A stretch of DNA of 63,917 nt, the filler included, from Malassezia furfur (taxonomy: Eukaryota): the NCBI GenBank assembly GCA_052055015.1. It is 5 parts of 5 records of this genome, joined end to end, with 100 filler letters (N's around TTAATTAATTAA, not from the genome) between each part and the next. Parts side by side here need not be neighbours in the genome. Positions count along the whole stretch, not along the records: positions 53,893 to 63,917 come from JBQJIT010000404.1; 4 more parts are not named here. One strand, given 5' to 3'. Position 1 is the stretch's first letter; each line of letters begins with the position of its first letter. Positions 57,739 to 63,917 of this stretch are shown piece by piece. A program made the translations under genes and the position numbers. The notes beneath the pieces were generated by a model, which searched no databases, was not told where the DNA came from, and was given only the letters and a program-made list of their open reading frames with translations.

Positions 57739-57763
57739 TGATACCCCCCGTGTCTATACCCTC

Positions 57764-59452
57764 CTATAGCTCCGCAGCACGCGCGACGGACGCCAGCGCA
57801 TCGGCCACCGCACCGGGCACCTCGGACGCTTGCGCCTCGATCGCACGCGCAAGCGCCTCATCGATCGTGCCCAGCATCGGCAGGTGGCGCCACACACACG
57901 CATACGTGTACATGTCGCGTGCGACACCGAACGACTCAAGCGTCCGCAATGCATACAGCGCCGCCGGCGCGTCGGACGCCGTAAGCAGCGCGTCCAGTGC
58001 GCTGTTCAGTAGCTGCGTCCCATGCCGCGCGACAAACGCCGCGCGCGGCGCGGCGCCGAGCGCACGCAGCGTCTGCACGCACGACGTCAGCACACCGCGC
58101 GGCGTGGCGAGCGCCGCCCATGGTGCCAGGCGTGCCCCGCCGCTCGCAAGCGCCGCTCGCAGCACGGCACCGCCTTCCTCCCCCGCCGCATGTATTGTAA
58201 ATAGCGAGGCGTACGTCGTAGCGTGCACGCGGTACTGGTGCGCCGCCCACGGCACCGCTAGCGCCTGCACGGCAAACTGCGCGGCCGGCGCCAAGCGGCC
58301 GCGCCCCGCCTCAAAGCTCGCGAGAAAGTTGAGCATCGCGACGCCAGGCACGACGCCGTCGGTGTGCATGCACTGCAGCAGCGCGTGCACCGCCGCCGTA
58401 CGGAACGGCGCGTCGGCTGCCCACGCGCGCCGGCGGAGCATGCGCCGCGTCGCTTCGGTGCTCTGCTCAAAAAAGGCACGGATGCCGGGGCCCGACGAGC
58501 ACGCGTGCATCAGTGTCAGGTACGGCGACGCGGTGCGTGGCGGGTGGCAGATGTGCTCTACATGCAGCAGCAAACGGTACCGCTCGAGCCAGACGTGGGC
58601 TGCGCCGACGTCGCCGGCGACAATGCGCGCACGGACAAGTGCATTCCACACCGCTGCATTCCGGCACCATGCGCCAACCGGCACGTCGCGAGGAATACGC
58701 GTCGTGCGCCGCGCACGGCACTGCACGACATAGGTGGCCGCGTGTGCATGTTGAGTCTTGTGCTGCAGCGCCAGCGACCGGAAGGTGGGCGCCGACGTGT
58801 CGGTCGATGGGCCGCGCTGGGCGTACGCGGCGACGAGTGCCTCGCCCCGCTCGGGGCACCCCGCACGGCCGTATGCGGCAATCAGGGCGCACAGCCCGCT
58901 TTCGTCGCCGGGCGGCTGCGCAAGGAAGTCGGTCTGGAGCACATCAAGGACGTCGATGAGTGCCTCGCTCGGAAGCACCCGCGCCATGCTTCCGACTATG
59001 CTCGCGACTGTGCCGTGGGGGAGCACAATGCCTGCCGCGCTGCACCGGTCGTACACGGACGCGAGCGCCAGCGCGGGGTGCATGGTATAGGCGGCCTTTT
59101 CGCGCGTCGCGTGCGCCAGGGCAAAGATGCCGCGTTTCAATGCGGCGCGCACCTCGGCGTCGTCTGTGCAGTACGCATCGGTCGCTGCCATGTCCGCCAT
59201 AGCGCCGAGCGACTCGGCGGCGTGCGCGAGATCGTGTGCACGCATGGCGTCGTGCGCGACCGACGCCAACGCTTGGACGGCGTCTGGCCGCGCCGACGGG
59301 CCAGGCAGCGTCGGCTGCACGAGCGACACGAGCGCAAGCACAGTGTGTACCACTGCATATGTCTGCCCTCGCTGCGCAGACCCAGGCGTGTGTGCAGGCG
59401 CGACGCTCTGCGCGAGCAGCGGCGCTAGACGCCGCACGGCACGCAGGGCCAT
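57764..59452 (-). CDS. Hypothetical helical-repeat (PPR-like) protein, probably mitochondrial
   Basis: Presequence-like MALRAVRRLAPLL; ALIAAYGRAG, VWNALVRA, YLTLMHAC, FGVARDMYTY PPR-like segments. Confidence 0.6.
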   Translation of the reverse strand: MALRAVRRLAPLLAQSVAPAHTPGSAQRGQTYAVVHTVLALVSLVQPTLPGPSARPDAVQALASVAHDAMRAHDLAHAAESLGAMADMAATDAYCTDDAEVRAALKRGIFALAHATREKAAYTMHPALALASVYDRCSAAGIVLPHGTVASIVGSMARVLPSEALIDVLDVLQTDFLAQPPGDESGLCALIAAYGRAGCPERGEALVAAYAQRGPSTDTSAPTFRSLALQHKTQHAHAATYVVQCRARRTTRIPRDVPVGAWCRNAAVWNALVRARIVAGDVGAAHVWLERYRLLLHVEHICHPPRTASPYLTLMHACSSGPGIRAFFEQSTEATRRMLRRRAWAADAPFRTAAVHALLQCMHTDGVVPGVAMLNFLASFEAGRGRLAPAAQFAVQALAVPWAAHQYRVHATTYASLFTIHAAGEEGGAVLRAALASGGARLAPWAALATPRGVLTSCVQTLRALGAAPRAAFVARHGTQLLNSALDALLTASDAPAALYALRTLESFGVARDMYTYACVWRHLPMLGTIDEALARAIEAQASEVPGAVADALASVARAAEL

Positions 59453-59507
59453 GGCGTTGTGGAAGACACTCCACGTGATCTCCACTTTTTTTGGGCGAGC
59501 CACCTGC

Positions 59508-62346
59508 ATGCCGGCGGAGATCGACTTTCTGGTGGGCGACCCGGTCGCGGCACCGCCGGTGGTGCCGAAGCGCGGCGCGGCACCTGTGAAGGACGACAGC
59601 GATGACGATGCGGCGTTCATCGCCGAGGCTTCGCAGCGTCGCAACGTCAAGGCGGGCACCGAGGTTGCGAAGCAGGCGCAAAAGGCCAAGGGCAAGGCGT
59701 CTAAGACCGCGAGCGGCGTCACGACGGGCGGCGGCAGTTTCCAGAGCATGGGTACGTGGCGCGACTCACCCAGGCTTGCATCCCTCGCTACTGCGCTCGC
59801 TGCTCTTGCGCGGCTTTACGACGCCGACGCCCATCCAGCGGCGTGCCATCCCGGCGATTCTCGCACAGCCGCCGCAGGACGTCGTCGGCATGGCGCGCAC
59901 GGGTAGCGGCAAGACGCTCTCATACATCGTTCCACTCATCCAGCGGCTGAACGGGCGGCACTCGAGCACGTTCGGCGTCAAGTCGGTGATCCTGTGCCCG
60001 TCGCGCGAGCTGGCGATGCAGATCCTCAAGGTCGGGAAGGACATCGCGCGCGGCTGGCGCTCGGACGACGAGGCGCGCAGCGAGGCGATCCGGTGGGCGC
60101 TCATTGTCGGTGGCGAGTCGCTCGACCAGCAGTTTGCCATCATGGCGGGGAACCCCGACGTGGTGATTGCGACGCCCGGACGTATGCTCCACCTAGTCGT
60201 CGAGATGAACCTGGACCTCAAGGCGGTGGAGTACGTCGTGTTCGACGAGGCCGACCGCCTGTTCGAGATGGGCTTTGCCGAGCAGCTCGAGGAGCTGCTG
60301 CGCCGCCTGCCGCCCACGCGCCAGACGCTGCTGTTCAGTGCGACGCTGCCCAAGACGCTCGTCGAGTTTGCGCGCGCAGGTCTCGACGCGAACCCCAAGC
60401 TGATCCGCCTCGACGCGGACAGCAAGATCAGTCCCGACTTGCGCATGGCGTTCTTCAGCGTGAAGCCGTCCGAGAAGGAGGCGGCGCTCCTCCTCCTCCT
60501 TCGGCATATTATCAATGTGCCGCTCGGCGAGGTCGGCGACCCGGCCGATGACGAGGACGAAGAGGACGACGACGACGGCGACGACGACGACGAGACAGGC
60601 GGCAAGCGCAAGCGGAAGGTGCGCGCGCCGCGCAGCAAGCGGCGGAAGGGCGTGGCGCCGGACCTCAAGCCGTACCAGACCATCATCTTTTGTGCGACGA
60701 AGCATCACGTCGAGTACCTCCTGCTGCTGCTCACCACGATCGGCTATGCATGCTCGCACATCTACTCCTCGCTCGATCAGACCGCGCGCGCGATCCAGAT
60801 GAACCGCTTCCGCGCGGGACGCACGTCGCTGCTGATCGTCACCGACCTGGCGGCTCGCGGTATTGACCTGCCGGTGCTCGAGCATGTGGTGAACTACGAC
60901 TTCCCGCCGCAGCCGCGTATCTTTGTGCACCGCGTAGGACGTACGGCGCGTGCTGGGCGCCGTGGATGGGCGTGGAACTTGGTGACGCCCACGGAACTGG
61001 CGTATCTGTGCGACCTGCAGCTCTTCCTCGCGCGGCCACTCGTCTCGTCGCACACGCAGCAGGCCGAGGGGCCGCTCGACCTGCACACGGCCATGGTGCT
61101 CGGCACCTTCCCCCGCGAGGAGCTCGACGAGGAGGTCGAGCGCGTGAAGCAGGCGATGCATGCATCGTCGAGCGTTGCGACGGCTTACGATGCACTTGTG
61201 CCGGTCGTGAAGCGCGCACACAACATGTACGTCAAGTCGCAGCCCAAGGCGAGCCAGGAGTCCTTCCGGCGCGCCAAGGACATGCTCAAGGACGCCGAGC
61301 GCAGCTCCATCACCGGCCACGCCGCGCAGGGCTGGGCGCTCGCCGGCCATCCGCTCGAGGCGGCTGGCATCCACGACGTGCTGAAGCGCCCGAGCCTGTA
61401 CCACGTCGGCACGGGCGAGGACGGCGCAGAGCGCGTGCACGACGACCCGCTGTCGTCCGCGCGCGCGTCGCTGCTCGCCAAGATCAACGCGTTCCGCCCG
61501 GGCGAAACCGTGTTCGAGGTGGGTGCACGCGGTCCGAATGCGCCGCTCGCGCAGCTCATGCAGGACCGGCGGCGCACGCTCGACGGCAAGCAGCGCCGCG
61601 CTCGTGTGATTGAGGAGGCCAAGACGCACGCCCCGATGGAGACCGTCGCCGAGGCCGGCGACGCGAGCGACGCGGACGAGGCCGAGATCGAGGCGGTGTT
61701 TGACACGGGCAAGAAGAAGACGTTCCGCGACCCCAACTTCTACATGGGCTACGTGCAGGAGGGTGCAGACGAGGACCGCGGCTACTCGCTGAACGGCTCG
61801 TTTGCCGAGCAGGCGAAGCATGTCGCGGTCGACCTCGGCGGCGACGACGTCGGGCCCGGCCACGCGAACCAGCGGCCGAACCAGACGCGCTGGGACACCA
61901 AGAAGAAGAAGTTTATCAAGGGCGACGGCACGGGCGCGGACAACCAAAAACTCATCCGCACCGAGACGGGCCTCAAGCTGCCTGCCTCGTTCCGCTCGGG
62001 CCGCTACGACGAGTGGCGCAAGGAGCAGCGCGTGGAGATGCCGCGTGTCGGCGAGGACGAAAGCACGATGCCCGCGTCGGCGCGCCGCATTGCCGCGTCG
62101 GCACGCGACGGTGCGCCGATGCACCGGCACCGCGGCTTCCACCACACACAGACCAAGGCGCCGAAGCCGATCGACAAGACACAGTACGACTACAAACGCA
62201 AGCTCAAGCAGCGCGAGGGCCGCGCGGCCGGTGCGCCGCGCCCGGCGCACAACGAGCTCAAGAGCGCACAGCAGATCCAGCGCGAGCGCGAGACCAAGGC
62301 GAAGCGCAAGGAGAAGAACGCACGGCCCTCGCGCAAGCGCAGGTAG
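59508..62346 (+). CDS. DBP10: DEAD-box RNA helicase Dbp10; 22-nt intron 59752-59773
   Basis: GGSFQSMGL, MARTGSGKT, DEAD, SAT, HRVGRTARAGR, C-terminal WD.KKKKF...LPASFRSGRY. Confidence 0.95.
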
Positions 62347-62927
62347 ACATGCCCCGGACACGCTCCGGACCCCCGTACGCGGGGCGGGGGGGGGTCCCCA
62401 CGTGGCCTGGCGCCGAGGCAAAACACCTGTCAGAGCATGTCACGGTGGGCTGTCGTGCGCAAGGGTCCGTGTGTTGACACGGTCCTGGGTGACATCTAGT
62501 CTGTAACATCTACGGATATGGGGCGTATGCGCTGCTCCGCGGACGCCGCCCTTGCAACGAACGGTACACGGGCCCTGCGGCGGCTAAGCCCGCGCGGAGC
62601 GAGCGAGTGTCGTGTGTACCGAGAAACGACATGCTCGCGTGCGCTGTGGAGAAGCCGCAGGACGCGCTTCGGATTGGCTGCATGCGCTGAAATTATGCAC
62701 GGCCATGCAAATTCATTTCGACCCGGCAGGCAAGGTCGGTCCACGTGCCGGATCCGCCGCGCGCGAGTGGAGGGGACGTAGATCGTGGCCTAAGTGCGGA
62801 GGCGCCCGGCTTGGCCGGCGCGGCGTGTAGAATTCGCAACCCTGGAGAATGCCGCTCATAAAATAAGCAAACACACACCCGCAGTGGGCCAAGCACCCCA
62901 CCGCTGGTACGGACAACCTCCTCCCTC

Positions 62928-63917
62928 ATGGTCGCCGTGACGCGTTTGCTCGCCTGTGCCGCCGTGCTTGTTGGCCTCGTGCAGGCCGGCGCCAAGCCGA
63001 GTCAAGGCACGCCGGTGTACACCGGTGTCAAGTCGTTCCCTACGGAAGTGTTTGCCGGGATGTACTATACCCCCAAGAGCATGGAGCAGGAGCCCCGCCC
63101 GATCGTGTCGCGCCTCAATGGCGGCGTGTTCCCCGACTCGCTCAACAACCCAACGCAGCTGCCCACCGCTGCCCCCGCGAACGAGGCGCTGATGCCTCCC
63201 AAGCTCCACGGCAAGGAGCAGATTGACACGCTCGTGAACGACGCCTTCAACATCGCCGGCCAGCTCTTCAGCCAGAACACCCCGCCCTCGCTTTCGTGCA
63301 ACCTGTGCAAGGCCGGCGTCGCGACACTGCAGAAGCTCGCGCACGTCAACCCCGAGATCCTGCCCGACGTAATGGGCACCATCTGCGATACGTTTGGCGT
63401 GTTTGCGCTGCTCGACTTTAAGCAGGAATGCAAGCGCACGCTGAGCAAGGCCGTGTACGGTGGCCCCATCACCGAGGTGCTCAGCGCCGCGAACCTCACC
63501 GAGGGCGCGATCGATGCGCAGGGCATCTGCGGCCAGATCCCCGTGCTGAACCTGTGCCCGAAGCCGTCGGAGCGCTTCTCGGACAGCTTCTTGAACAACT
63601 GGTTCCGCGGCAAGCGCCACACGCCCAAGCACGTCACCGAGCGCTGGGCCAAGATCAAGCAGCGCAAGGACGCCCAGCCCAAGACGCCCAAGTCGCAGCT
63701 GCTGCGCGTGCCGCACCTCACCGACCTGCACCTTGACGGCCGCTACATGGTCGGCACCGAGAGCGACTGCACCTTTGGCGAGACGGTCGCGTGCTGCCGC
63801 GTGAACAGCTTCAACAACACCAAGTACCACGGCCAGTTTGTCCACGGCCACCTGCCCGACGAGGACATTGTGCACAAGGCCAACTACTGGGGCAGCCTCG
63901 AGTGCGACACGCCCTGG
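62928..63917 (+). CDS. Secreted acid sphingomyelinase-like metallophosphoesterase, runs off the window
   Basis: Signal peptide, saposin-like Cys pattern, HLTDLHLD.RY..G.E..C...CCR, WG...CDTP. Confidence 0.85.
   Translation, partial: MVAVTRLLACAAVLVGLVQAGAKPSQGTPVYTGVKSFPTEVFAGMYYTPKSMEQEPRPIVSRLNGGVFPDSLNNPTQLPTAAPANEALMPPKLHGKEQIDTLVNDAFNIAGQLFSQNTPPSLSCNLCKAGVATLQKLAHVNPEILPDVMGTICDTFGVFALLDFKQECKRTLSKAVYGGPITEVLSAANLTEGAIDAQGICGQIPVLNLCPKPSERFSDSFLNNWFRGKRHTPKHVTERWAKIKQRKDAQPKTPKSQLLRVPHLTDLHLDGRYMVGTESDCTFGETVACCRVNSFNNTKYHGQFVHGHLPDEDIVHKANYWGSLECDTPW

Noticed and set aside
16289..59773. Frameshifted pseudogenes or programmed frameshifting in the split ORFs
   Set aside because: Each break coincides with a GT..branch..YAG micro-intron whose removal restores the conserved protein.
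13683..62421. Many long antisense or alternative-frame ORFs (e.g. 13683-16184, 17089-18930, 60193-62421)
   Set aside because: These are shadow ORFs expected from high GC3 codon bias; the translations are Arg/Ala-rich with no recognisable motifs.

Overview
Eukaryotic (fungal) DNA, by inference from a compact basidiomycete yeast of the Malassezia type: very high gene density, GC-rich core, secreted LIP-type lipase and acid sphingomyelinase. The window is five contigs joined by artificial 100-nt spacers (44N-TTAATTAATTAA-44N), so adjacency across spacers is not evidence. About 41 protein-coding genes can be reconstructed, mostly conserved housekeeping genes (MIC60, RIB3, VMA1, RPT1, ERG10, MMS2, RRP4, CWC22, HIR1, GLO2, RPA12, CRC1, HUB1, HIS2, SDH2, PPG1, DBP10), plus a lower-GC, intronless nutrient-uptake block (2 OPT transporters, THI4, 2 MFS transporters, lipase). 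Most notable: about 39 hand-reconstructed GT-AG introns of 22-39 nt peaking at 22-23 nt; co-directional genes only 25-36 bp apart (possible polycistronic or overlapping transcripts); an Edc3-like LSm/FDF protein whose C-terminus resembles the monopolin Csm1/Pcs1 RWD domain rather than YjeF_N; a SWIM-finger minimal ATP-dependent DNA ligase; a Hub1 lacking its YY tail; and recurrent CACGTG, TGASTCAG and ATACCC motifs in the tiny intergenic spaces. No rRNA, tRNA, transposon or CRISPR was recognised. All family calls come from remembered motifs, not database searches.
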